From NCBI GenBank assembly GCA_020628865.1, contig JAHDEJ010000017.1, positions 1,534 to 65,533 on the forward strand: a stretch of 64,000 nucleotides of DNA. Reading direction: 5' to 3'. The notes beneath the pieces were generated by a model. The model had not been told where the DNA came from. It searched no databases and saw only the letters and a program-made list of their open reading frames with translations. Shown here one piece after another: positions 38,610 through 47,553 of this stretch. The position numbers and the translations under genes were made by a program. This DNA is from Acidimicrobiales bacterium (lineage in GTDB: Bacteria > Actinomycetota > Acidimicrobiia > Acidimicrobiales > SHLQ01). Every line of letters starts with the position of its first letter. Position 1 is the stretch's first letter.

Positions 38610-40490
38610 ATGCACGAGGGAATGGACCGGGATTCACGGCGCGCCCAGGAAGCGGACCGCCTCTTCGAGGAGCAACGAGCTCGTATCAGCACGCTCGATG
38701 CGGCGGGCATCTTCGGCGCGGCCGTGTTCGCCTCGGTGATGTTCTGGGGACAGCCGTTGGTGATGGCCTGGTCCGTCGTCCTGTTCTCCCAGGTCGTGTC
38801 GGGGTTCTTCACCCGTCGGGTGGGCGAGCCCCTCAGCCGAATGATGGAGCTCTGGTGGGTGTCCGGGAGTTCGTTGGCATGGGCCGTGCTTCCGCTACTT
38901 GCGTTCAATGAGGCAGGTCAGGTCGAGGGCGCATGGGTGCTCACGTCCATCCTCGTGTTCGGGGTCGCGAGCGATGCCGTCTACCTGCCACAGACCTACG
39001 AAAAGAACGTCGTGCTCACCAGCGTGGCGTATTCGATTCCCTATCTCCTCGTGCTTGCCTACCAGGACATGTGGTCGCCGGTGATCCTCGTGTTCGGCAT
39101 CCTCATCCACGTCGGTTGGGGAGCCGTCGGCATCTCGGGACTGGTCGACGACCTGATCAGTCGACGTGTCGACGCCGTCATCTCCGCCGAGCGTGCACAT
39201 CTCTCGGCGCGAACCGATGGCCTGACCGGCCTGCTGAATCGTTCGGGGGTCATGGCGGAGCTGCGCCAACTCGCCGGATCGGATGCGGTCGTGCACTGTG
39301 TCTTCGTCGACTTGGATGACTTCAAGTCCGTCAACGATCAGCTCGGCTACGAGGCTGGTGATCGCCTGCTCAGCCGTTTGGGGCTGTCGCTCCGCGCCGT
39401 CTTCCCACCCGACTGGAAGGTCGGTCGATTCGGCGGCGACGAATTCATCGCGGTCGGGGTCGGCGGAGATCTCGAGCACATCGCGCAACAGCTGACCTCG
39501 CTTCGGATCGCGCCCGAGACCGGGCTCTTCGCTCGACGCACACGCTTTGTGCACGCATCGGCCGGTATCGCATCACTTCCGATCCGTGTCGGCGAAGCAG
39601 ACGAACTGGTGTCGCATGCGAGCGCTGCGGTCCGCGAAGCGAAGTCCCGCGGGAAGAGCACCGTCGTGATGAGTGATGAGACGTTTCGGGAGAACCTGCG
39701 ACGCGGCCGCCTCCGGGCCGCGGCCTTGGAACAGGGGATCGCACGCGGGGAGTTCGTTGGATTCGTGCAGCGCATCGTCGACCTCGACACCGGGCTGACC
39801 CGCGGGTTCGAGGTCCTCGCACGTTGGCAGCGGGATGACGAGCTGGTGCCTCCCGGTCTCTTCGTCGAACAGGTGGAGCGGCAGCATCTGCAGCGCGAAT
39901 TCGACCGGGCGATGTTGGATCGTGGGATCGAACTGCTGCAGTCGCTCGATGCACAGGGACGCACCGATCTGACCGTGTCCGTCAACATCTTCGCCTCGCA
40001 TCTGCTCGATGCCGGTCTGCCGGATTTCCTGCGCGACCGACTCGATCGAGCAGCCGTGGATTCCGGTCGTCTCGTGCTCGAGGTCACGGAGTCCGATGAT
40101 CTCTCCGCTGGCGATGTGGCGCTCGAGGTCGCAAATGCGCTTCGGGAGATGGGAATCGGTCTGTCGATCGATGACTTCGGCACCGGCTACTCCTCGATGA
40201 CGCAACTTCTCAGTTTTCCCTTCACGGAGATGAAGCTCGACCGTTCGCTCGTCGATCGCGTCGGCGCACCCGACGCCGACGACCTCCTGAAGGCGCTGTG
40301 CGACTTCGGACGCCGCCATGGTCTGCAGGTGGTCGCCGAAGGCATCGAGGGAGATCGGCAACTCGAGGCCATTCGTCGATTGGGTGTCGAGGTCGGTCAG
40401 GGCTTCCACTTCCACCGGCCGACCGCCGCCGAAGCCGCCCTTGCGGAACTGGCCGCCGAGGTGTCGGCCACCGACTTGTCTGCCGCCTGA
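38610..40490 (+). CDS. membrane-bound GGDEF-EAL protein (intact GGDEF; EVL-variant EAL)
   Basis: The N-terminal region has about 6 TM helices. The GGDEF domain shows RTDGLTGLLNRSG and RFGGDEFIAVG. The EAL domain shows FEVLARWQ, EVTESD, DDFGTGYSSM, KLDRSLV, AEGIEG and GQGFHFHRP. Confidence 0.85.
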   Translation: MHEGMDRDSRRAQEADRLFEEQRARISTLDAAGIFGAAVFASVMFWGQPLVMAWSVVLFSQVVSGFFTRRVGEPLSRMMELWWVSGSSLAWAVLPLLAFNEAGQVEGAWVLTSILVFGVASDAVYLPQTYEKNVVLTSVAYSIPYLLVLAYQDMWSPVILVFGILIHVGWGAVGISGLVDDLISRRVDAVISAERAHLSARTDGLTGLLNRSGVMAELRQLAGSDAVVHCVFVDLDDFKSVNDQLGYEAGDRLLSRLGLSLRAVFPPDWKVGRFGGDEFIAVGVGGDLEHIAQQLTSLRIAPETGLFARRTRFVHASAGIASLPIRVGEADELVSHASAAVREAKSRGKSTVVMSDETFRENLRRGRLRAAALEQGIARGEFVGFVQRIVDLDTGLTRGFEVLARWQRDDELVPPGLFVEQVERQHLQREFDRAMLDRGIELLQSLDAQGRTDLTVSVNIFASHLLDAGLPDFLRDRLDRAAVDSGRLVLEVTESDDLSAGDVALEVANALREMGIGLSIDDFGTGYSSMTQLLSFPFTEMKLDRSLVDRVGAPDADDLLKALCDFGRRHGLQVVAEGIEGDRQLEAIRRLGVEVGQGFHFHRPTAAEAALAELAAEVSATDLSAA

Positions 40491-40491
40491 C

Positions 40492-43281
40492 TCAGTTGTC
40501 GAGCAGTGGCTGGTCCAGCGCGATGGAGCCGTTCGGGTTCTGCACGGTGAGCCGACCGTCGACCACCCGGTAGACGGTCGTCGCGCCGTCGGTACCCACG
40601 TTCGTCGCCTCGAAGCCGCCGGCGACCTCGACGGCCGGCAGGGTGATCGACACCGCCGTCGACCGTTCGGCGCCGTGATACCACAGCGCTCCGTCCTCAT
40701 CGGCGCAGATCCAGAGGGCGAATCGTTCGGTGGCATCGATGAGCACCGGACGAAGTGTTGCCTCGTCGCGAGTTTTCTGAACGTCGGCGACGGCCTGGGC
40801 CGCGCAGCCGCCCAAGGCAAGCCCGAGCGGAGAGTCGCCGCCGGCGGCTTCACGCTGCGCCTGTTCGACGATGTCGTCAACCGTGTCCGGCGAGTCGCCG
40901 AGGTCGACCGTGACGGTCCAGCCCGCGGCGACGTCCCGCCCGTCGCCATCGGAAGCCCGGCCGAGCGCAAACACGGCGCCATCGAACTCGACGACCGACC
41001 AGAATTCCTGGCGGCCCTCGACACGGAGCTCGTCGGAGTCCCGCGTGGTCCAGCGTTCCTCGGAAGGGTCGTCGGCGGTGATCAGCTGCCAGATGGCTCC
41101 GTCGACCAGTCCCTGCGTCAGGGCTGCGGTTCCGGCGATCTCCGCCGTGATGCCGACGGCGAACACGCCGGCTCGCGTGGCGACGACATCGTGAGCTCGG
41201 GCGTCGCCGACGCCGGACGGCAGCTGGTGGAGTTGTGGCTCGACCCCGCCGACATCGACCACGAGAGCGACCGGCTCCACGCTGGTGCCGATCGTTCGGT
41301 TGCCGACGGCGACGACGCGGTCGCCCACGAGGTCGACCGCTTGTAGCTCGACACCCTCGATCGGGGGAAGCAGGGAAGACCAGACACCGTCGCGCCGGCC
41401 CAGAACAAGGCTCTCGGCGGTTCCATCGGTCTCGGCGTGGCCGACGACCACGGCAATGTCTCCGGCAACGGCCACGTCGGTGAGTTCTCCCGGGCCGGGA
41501 ATCTGGAGCGGAACCTGGGCCCACACCGGATCGGTCCAATCGTCGCCCTGGGCCACCACCCAGAGGCCGGGCTGGGCAACCCCATCCACGGCCGAGCTTC
41601 CGACGACGAGGAACTCGCCTCGAGTGTTGTCGCCGGCCGCAGCCAGCAGCCGCTGTGGGCCGGGTCCGGTGAACGAGTCGTCGGTCGTGGGTCGCATCCG
41701 GGCCGCTCGGTCGCCGAGCCAGGCGACGCCATCGGTGCCGGTGCGGCCGGAGTCGCCGACCGCAAGGAAGGCGACGCCGTCGAGCAGCCCGATGCCCCGG
41801 AGGCGCTGGTCCGCAGGGTCGCTCCCGGCGACGGTCGCGAACGCCACCTGATGGGTCCACGAACCCGTGGCGTCCATGGTCCACATGACGCTCTGCTGTT
41901 CTGAAGCCGTCTCACCGTCTCCGGCGGAACCCACCACGGTGAGACCGAGCTGGTTGGCCACCGCACCGAACATGATGCCCACGTCCCCGTCGGGAGCGGT
42001 GAAGGCGTCCTGATCGATACGGACGAGGGTTGGGGTGATCTCCAGCTCCGTGTCGTCCCCGGGCCCACCATCGGCCGCGGCCGGATCGTCGCCCACCCAC
42101 ACCGATTGGAACAACAACGCGCCGGCCACGCCGAGGGCGGCGAGGCCGAGCAGGACCACCGCGGCCGTGCGGCCGCGCCGCGGCGTCCGTGTGGCCGGTG
42201 CCATCGCTGGCGGCACGGCGATCTCGGGGCGAAGCGGTCGTGCGACGATGGTCTCGACCGGTGGGAGGACCTCGGTCTGGTCGGGGCGGGTGAAGTCGGC
42301 GAGGGTTGCGTCCGGATCCGGTCGTTCCGGTTCCGCCGGCGGTGCAACGACCGGCGGCGCCGGTTCGGGGGCGACGGTCACCGTGGGTGCGGGTTCGGCC
42401 GGCACCGTCGGCGTCGGCTCCGGGCGCACGGAAGAGATTCCAGGCGCCGGTGTGGGCGGGCGGCCGAGGAGCACCTCGGCCTCGTTCAAGCGTCGGCCGA
42501 ACTCCTCGGCGGTCTGCGGGCGTTCCCCCGGATCCTTGGCCAGCACGTCGTCGAGGAGATCGGAGAGTGGCGCGGGGACATCGAACTGGGCGAGGGGAGG
42601 CGCCGGGTTCTCCAGGATGCGTCGGATGACCATGGCCTTGTTGTCGCTCGCCCCGGACTTGAAGGGCGCACGGCCGAGCAGCATCTCGTAGAGCGAGATG
42701 CCGAGTTGGTAGATGTCGCCACGCCCGTCGAAACCATGATTGTGGAGGATTTCCGGCGGCGTGTAGGCGAGCGTGCCGATGATCGACTGTGCGGCCGTGA
42801 GTTGGCTCTGTCCCATGAGACGGGCGATGCCGAAGTCGGCGAGCTTGGCGCCGGTGCCGTCGTCGAGGATGTTGGCCGGCTTGATGTCTCGATGGAGGAC
42901 GCCGCTGCGATGGGCGGCCATGAGCGCCGAACAGAGCTGGACGCCGATGCGGGTCACCGTCGACCAGTGGAAGGCCCCGTTCGTCGTGAGCTGCTCCTTG
43001 ACGGAACCGCCATCGACGTACTCGAGTGCCATCCAGTGGTGACCGTCCTCGTTCTCCCCGCTGTCGAGAATGCCGACGATGTGCGGGTGGCCACCCAGGG
43101 CCGACATGGAGAGGCGCTCCCGTTCGAAGCGTTTCAGATCGCTGGTGTCGTGCACATGGGAGAAGAGCATCTTGATCGCGACTTCGGCGCCGTCGGGATC
43201 GATGGCGCGGTGAACGGAGGCGAAGCCGCCACGGCCCACCTGTTCCAGAATCTCGTACCCCGCGATGTTCGGTGTTGCCAC
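40492..43281 (-). CDS. Hanks-type Ser/Thr protein kinase with a Pro-rich linker, one TM helix and a large repeat-containing ectodomain
   Basis: The start is GTG 43281, with AGGGAG 7 nt upstream. Kinase motifs are GRGGFASV, VAIKML, HRDIKPANIL, DFGIA and TLAYTPPE. The TM helix is AAVVLLGLAALGVAGALLF. The part of ORF 40492..44940 upstream of 43281 is an out-of-frame read of the neighbouring gene. Confidence 0.85.
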   Translation of the reverse strand: MATPNIAGYEILEQVGRGGFASVHRAIDPDGAEVAIKMLFSHVHDTSDLKRFERERLSMSALGGHPHIVGILDSGENEDGHHWMALEYVDGGSVKEQLTTNGAFHWSTVTRIGVQLCSALMAAHRSGVLHRDIKPANILDDGTGAKLADFGIARLMGQSQLTAAQSIIGTLAYTPPEILHNHGFDGRGDIYQLGISLYEMLLGRAPFKSGASDNKAMVIRRILENPAPPLAQFDVPAPLSDLLDDVLAKDPGERPQTAEEFGRRLNEAEVLLGRPPTPAPGISSVRPEPTPTVPAEPAPTVTVAPEPAPPVVAPPAEPERPDPDATLADFTRPDQTEVLPPVETIVARPLRPEIAVPPAMAPATRTPRRGRTAAVVLLGLAALGVAGALLFQSVWVGDDPAAADGGPGDDTELEITPTLVRIDQDAFTAPDGDVGIMFGAVANQLGLTVVGSAGDGETASEQQSVMWTMDATGSWTHQVAFATVAGSDPADQRLRGIGLLDGVAFLAVGDSGRTGTDGVAWLGDRAARMRPTTDDSFTGPGPQRLLAAAGDNTRGEFLVVGSSAVDGVAQPGLWVVAQGDDWTDPVWAQVPLQIPGPGELTDVAVAGDIAVVVGHAETDGTAESLVLGRRDGVWSSLLPPIEGVELQAVDLVGDRVVAVGNRTIGTSVEPVALVVDVGGVEPQLHQLPSGVGDARAHDVVATRAGVFAVGITAEIAGTAALTQGLVDGAIWQLITADDPSEERWTTRDSDELRVEGRQEFWSVVEFDGAVFALGRASDGDGRDVAAGWTVTVDLGDSPDTVDDIVEQAQREAAGGDSPLGLALGGCAAQAVADVQKTRDEATLRPVLIDATERFALWICADEDGALWYHGAERSTAVSITLPAVEVAGGFEATNVGTDGATTVYRVVDGRLTVQNPNGSIALDQPLLDN

Positions 43282-43366
43282 CGTTGACTCCCTTGCCGGG
43301 ATCGTGCTGATCGCCGATCCGACAGTCTGACACGGAACGCGCAGCGTTCGGCAGCGTGCGCCGGAG

Positions 43367-45562
43367 TCAGGCCAGTGGCGTCGGAGCGACCGCGTCGCCG
43401 CCGTCACCGGGGTCCGGATCCGGTGGCTCAGGCTCCGGCTCGGGTTCCGGAACCGTGGTGGTGGTCGTTGTTGTGGTCGTGGTCGTTGTTGTGGTCGTGG
43501 TCGTCGTCGTACTTGTGCTGGATGTGCTCGACGTGCTGGAGGTCGTGGTGGTCGGCTCCGGAGCCGTCGTCGTGGTGGTGGTCGTCGTTGTCGTCGTGGT
43601 TGTCGAGGTCGTGGTGGTGGATGTGGACGACGTGGTCGTGGTCGTCGTCGGCGCCGCCGTCGTGGTCGTCGGCTCCGGAACCGTTGAGGTGGTCGTGGTC
43701 GTAGTTGTTGTCGACGTCGTTGTGGTGGTGGTGGCGGTCGTGGTGGGCGCCTCGGTCGTCGTCGTGGTGGTGGGCGCAATCGTCGTGGCCGTCGTCGTGG
43801 TGGGAGCCTCGGTCGTGGTGGTCGTCGTCGGCGGGTCGGTTGGTGTGGGCGGCTCCGTCGTGATGACGGTCGGCGCCGTCGTGGGGGCCTCGGTGGTGGT
43901 CGTCGGTTCTTCCGTTGTGGTGGGGGCCTCGGTGGTGGTCGTCGGCGCAGCGGTCGTGGTGGTCGTCGAGGGCTCCGTCGTCGGTGCGTCGGTGGGTTCA
44001 GGATCCGGTGTCGGCTCCTCGACCACATCGAGCACCTCGGTGGGCACGGTGGTTGCGGGTTCGGCGGGGGCCGCGGTCGTGGTGGTCGTCGACGGCTCGA
44101 CGACCGATCGTGGTGCGAGCGTGGTACTGGTGCGCTGGATCGTGGGCGGCACGAATCGGGTGGTCGGCACCGCTGCGGTGGTGGGGGTGGACGCGTCCGT
44201 CGACGCCGGTGCAGCGGTCGTCGTCGTGCTCGTGGAGGCGACTGTGCTCGAGGTCTCCTGCTCCACGGTCGACGGAGCCAACGACGGAGCGACAGTTGGT
44301 GAGGGCACGCTCGTCGTCGGTCCGACCAGCTGGGTCTCGGCAGCAAGGGAAGGAAGCAGTTCGCCGTCGTCGCCGGCAACCGGTACGGATCCGTCCGGAC
44401 CCTCGACGACGAAGAGACCGCTGCCCTCGCCGACAGCGTCGGCCTGGCTGGCCTCCCTCGAGACGCCGAACTTGGGCACGAGTCGGGCCTGGCGGTCCAC
44501 GTCCACGACCGCCGCCATCCGTCCGAAGGTGTCGTTCGCCCAGACGACACCGTTGTGGACCAGCACTTCGAACTCGACGTTCGGCGCAACGAACGGGACC
44601 GTGGTCTGCTCAGCGGTGTCGAGCTCGATGCGCAGCACGGTTCCGTTGGCCCAGTTGGGGACGTAGGCGACGTCCTCGCTAATGACCGGGGGACCGTAGC
44701 GCCACTCCTGCTGTTCGAGATCGATGGCGCGACACGGCAGGTTGGGCGCCGCGCCGAGCGGGCTGAGCAGCAGTTCGTTCCGCTGCCGATCGACCATCGG
44801 GAGATCGACGGCACTGGCGGAGGCGGTTCCAATGGCGACATCGGTGGTCGAACTGGCGATGCACTGGCTCTCCACGAGGCGTTCACCGGCCACACGCTGG
44901 ACTTCGAGCCGCACGTTGTCGACCAACAGCACACCATCACTCGACGTGGTCAGCTGCGGAACCGCAGTGGTTTCCGTGAGCTCGACGATCCGACGGAAGT
45001 CGGTGTCTTCGGATCCCATGTGGTGAATCGCCTGGCCGTTGCCGTCGACGGCGTAGATGCCGTCACGCGCGAGGACAGCGCTCGAGATGCCACCGGTGAA
45101 CCCGACCACCGTGTGTTCGAACGTCGTCAGGTCCACGCGGTCGACGCGGGCGGCGCCGACCACAACGACTCGGTCGCCGGCTCCGTGGAGTTCGATCTCC
45201 CCTTCGGCCACGCCGAGATCCATCAGGTGGGTGATGCGATGCGTTGCCCGATCGACGAGCACGAGGGTGCGCGTCTCATGGTTGGCAACAGCGACGCGTG
45301 TGGAGCCGGCGTGCGCCGAGATCCGTTGGCCGGGCTCGGCCACCTGGATGGTGTTCTGCACGTCGAGGGATTCGCTGTTGACCTCGACGATGGCGCCCGC
45401 CGAGCTCGTCTCGAACCAGATGGAGGCGTCCGAAATTGCGACAGATGCGGACGCCTTGGGGTCGAATTGGAAGATGGCGTAGCCGAGCGCGAGAACGGCA
45501 AGCGCGACAACGATGGCGAACGGCTGCGGGCCACGCAGGTTGATTCGTTCTCGTTTCGCCAT
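43367..45562 (-). CDS. signal-anchored extracytoplasmic protein: beta-rich globular domain of about 400 aa plus a threonine-dominated (mucin-like) C-terminal tail of about 310 aa
   Basis: The start is at MAKRERINLRGPQPFAIVVALAVLALGYAIF (ATG 45562). The tail contains TTTTTEAPTTT-type units and runs of up to 19 consecutive Thr, ending VPEPEPEPEPPDPDPGDGGD. The gene lies 85 nt upstream of the kinase on the same strand. Confidence 0.75.
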   Translation of the reverse strand: MAKRERINLRGPQPFAIVVALAVLALGYAIFQFDPKASASVAISDASIWFETSSAGAIVEVNSESLDVQNTIQVAEPGQRISAHAGSTRVAVANHETRTLVLVDRATHRITHLMDLGVAEGEIELHGAGDRVVVVGAARVDRVDLTTFEHTVVGFTGGISSAVLARDGIYAVDGNGQAIHHMGSEDTDFRRIVELTETTAVPQLTTSSDGVLLVDNVRLEVQRVAGERLVESQCIASSTTDVAIGTASASAVDLPMVDRQRNELLLSPLGAAPNLPCRAIDLEQQEWRYGPPVISEDVAYVPNWANGTVLRIELDTAEQTTVPFVAPNVEFEVLVHNGVVWANDTFGRMAAVVDVDRQARLVPKFGVSREASQADAVGEGSGLFVVEGPDGSVPVAGDDGELLPSLAAETQLVGPTTSVPSPTVAPSLAPSTVEQETSSTVASTSTTTTAAPASTDASTPTTAAVPTTRFVPPTIQRTSTTLAPRSVVEPSTTTTTAAPAEPATTVPTEVLDVVEEPTPDPEPTDAPTTEPSTTTTTAAPTTTTEAPTTTEEPTTTTEAPTTAPTVITTEPPTPTDPPTTTTTTEAPTTTTATTIAPTTTTTTEAPTTTATTTTTTSTTTTTTTTSTVPEPTTTTAAPTTTTTTSSTSTTTTSTTTTTTTTTTTTTAPEPTTTTSSTSSTSSTSTTTTTTTTTTTTTTTTTTTVPEPEPEPEPPDPDPGDGGDAVAPTPLA
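43370..44300 (-). repeat. low-complexity ACN-codon (Thr) / Pro-Glu-Ala coding repeat region
   Basis: The plus strand reads as reiterated GGTCGT/GTTGTG/GTGGTC units, for example GGTCGTTGTTGTGGTCGT twice in tandem near 43466-43501. The protein shows degenerate repeats of (E)APTTTT. Confidence 0.8.
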
Positions 45563-45744
45563 CTCTCGCCCGTCTCGTGGAGCGAACCCACCGTTGCTCC
45601 TCACTCATTGTCACCGAAAGGACGTTCGGTTGACAATATGAGTCGCGGAGCGTGTGAATTTGCCCACGCATCCGGGTCGCGATGAACGCGCGCAGTCGGT
45701 CATCGGACGGTCCCGGGCCGGGTTCCGAGGCGTAGAGTGGCGCG

Positions 45745-47553
45745 GTGGGCGCCGTCGAATCACTTCTCTTCCTTTTCCGGCGCATGCCCGCCGACCAGAA
45801 GCGGCTGCTGCTTGCGTCGCAGGTCGCTGCCGTGATCGCGGTGCTGTTCGAGCTGCTGATTCCCCAGCAGATTCAGCGCATCATCGATGAGGGCGTTCGC
45901 AACCAGGACACCGGGGTCGTCGTGGAGACGTCATTGCGGATGCTCGGGTTCGGCATCGCCTCGATGGTCTTCGGCGGTTTTGCCGCCTACCTGGCCTCGC
46001 GTGTGGCCACCGAAACCGCTCACACGATCCGGGTGGCGCTGTACGAGAAGGTCACGACCCTGTCGTTCGGCGACCTCGACCGGTTCCGGACCGGCCCCCT
46101 TCTCGTGCGCCTCACCAGCGACATCTCGATCCTGCGAAACGCCCTGATGATGGCGATCATCATGTTGATCCGTTCGCCGGTGATGTTGATCGGCGCGCTG
46201 ATTCTCGTGGCGACCGAGACGCCGTCGCTTCTCCTGCCGACACTCGTGGTGCTGGGCCTCAACCTCGCCGTGATTTCGTTCATCGTGCCCCGGCTCAACC
46301 CGCTCTACGCCGCACAGCAGCAGCGGCTCGACTCGCTCAACACGGTGCTGCAGGAGAATCTGGCCGGCGTCCAGGTCGTGAAGAACTTCGTTCGCCAGCC
46401 GCTCGAGGTCGAGCGCTACACCGATCGCAACGACGAGCTCTACGAGGCGTCGATGCGTCCGGCACGCCGGGTGGCCCTCCTCGAGCCGACCTTCGTGACG
46501 CTGATCTACCTCGCGGTCGCCGGGGCGCTGTTCTTCACCGCCCGCAGCGGGGTGGGTTCGCTGACCGCAGGCGAGCTCACCACGTTCTTCAACTATCTGC
46601 TCACCGCGATGCTGCCCATTGCGTTCCTGTCGTTCGTACTCCCCGAACTCGGCCGGCTCGGCACCTCCATGGGGCGATTCCGGGAGATCTTCCGCACGGT
46701 GCCCGATGTTCGGGAGCGTGAGGATGCCCAACCGTTCGGCGACATCGACGGCGCCATCGAATTCGATGACGTCACGCTGCACTACCTCGAGGCGGACGGC
46801 TCGCCGGCCGGGTCGCCGGTGCTCGACCAGGTCAGCTTTCGGATCGAACCGGGGGAGACGGTCGTCGTCATCGGCGCAACCGGCTCCGGGAAGACGTCGC
46901 TCGTCAGCTGCATCCCGCGTTTCTACGACGTGACCGATGGTGCCGTTCGCATCGATGGGGTGGACGTGCGCGACGTGCGAATCGCCGACCTGCGGCAGAC
47001 GATCGCCATCACGCTGCAGCAGGCCCACATCTTCACCGGTTCCGCGGAACACAACATCAAGATGGGTCGGCCCGAAGCCGGGGCCGAGCAGGTCGAGCGT
47101 GCGCTTCGGGTCGCCGACGCCGACACGTTCCTCCATCGGCTCCCTGATGGTATCGAAACGGACCTGGCCGAGAAGGGGACGAACCTGTCCGGCGGTCAGC
47201 GCCAACGCATCGCCCTGGCACGAGCGGTCGTGGCCCGCCCCCGAATCCTCATCCTCGACGACACGACGAGCGCGGTCGACGTCGCGACCGAAGCCCGGAT
47301 TCAGGCTCGCCTCGCCGCCGAGCACGCCGACACGACCGTCGTGATGGTGGCCCAGCGGGTCTCGGCCGCGCTGAGCGCCGACCGCATCCTGCTGCTCGAC
47401 CACGGTCGCCTCGTCGGCAACGGCACCCACGAAGAGCTGCTCGCGGCGAGCGAGCTCTATCGGACGATCGTCGAATCGCAGCTCGGCCCACTCGACGAGG
47501 TGGAGGAGCTGCTCCAAGCTGCACCGTCGGTCGACCCGGAGGTCGGCCGATGA
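45745..47553 (+). CDS. ABC exporter, fused permease-ATPase (type I exporter half-transporter, MdlA-like)
   Basis: Six TM helices are followed by the NBD: Walker A GATGSGKTS, signature LSGGQRQR and Walker B ILILDD. Confidence 0.9.
   Translation: MGAVESLLFLFRRMPADQKRLLLASQVAAVIAVLFELLIPQQIQRIIDEGVRNQDTGVVVETSLRMLGFGIASMVFGGFAAYLASRVATETAHTIRVALYEKVTTLSFGDLDRFRTGPLLVRLTSDISILRNALMMAIIMLIRSPVMLIGALILVATETPSLLLPTLVVLGLNLAVISFIVPRLNPLYAAQQQRLDSLNTVLQENLAGVQVVKNFVRQPLEVERYTDRNDELYEASMRPARRVALLEPTFVTLIYLAVAGALFFTARSGVGSLTAGELTTFFNYLLTAMLPIAFLSFVLPELGRLGTSMGRFREIFRTVPDVREREDAQPFGDIDGAIEFDDVTLHYLEADGSPAGSPVLDQVSFRIEPGETVVVIGATGSGKTSLVSCIPRFYDVTDGAVRIDGVDVRDVRIADLRQTIAITLQQAHIFTGSAEHNIKMGRPEAGAEQVERALRVADADTFLHRLPDGIETDLAEKGTNLSGGQRQRIALARAVVARPRILILDDTTSAVDVATEARIQARLAAEHADTTVVMVAQRVSAALSADRILLLDHGRLVGNGTHEELLAASELYRTIVESQLGPLDEVEELLQAAPSVDPEVGR

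Noticed and set aside
43370-44300. Reiterated short repeats that could suggest a CRISPR or other array.
   Set aside because: There is no repeat-spacer architecture. The periodicity is 3 nt and the tract lies inside a coding frame. It is a low-complexity coding repeat.
43356-44666. Long Val/Gly/Ser-rich plus-strand ORFs (43356..44666, 43375..43704, 43915..44682).
   Set aside because: They are the reverse complement of ACN Thr codons. They have no start context or domain, and they fully overlap the better-supported minus-strand gene.
43282-44940. An N-terminal 553-codon extension of ORF 40492..44940 (Pro/Arg-rich), which would give a 1482-aa kinase.
   Set aside because: The extension is an alternative frame of the Thr-rich gene 43367..45562. 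Kinase homology begins only at GTG 43281, which has its own AGGGAG ribosome-binding site.
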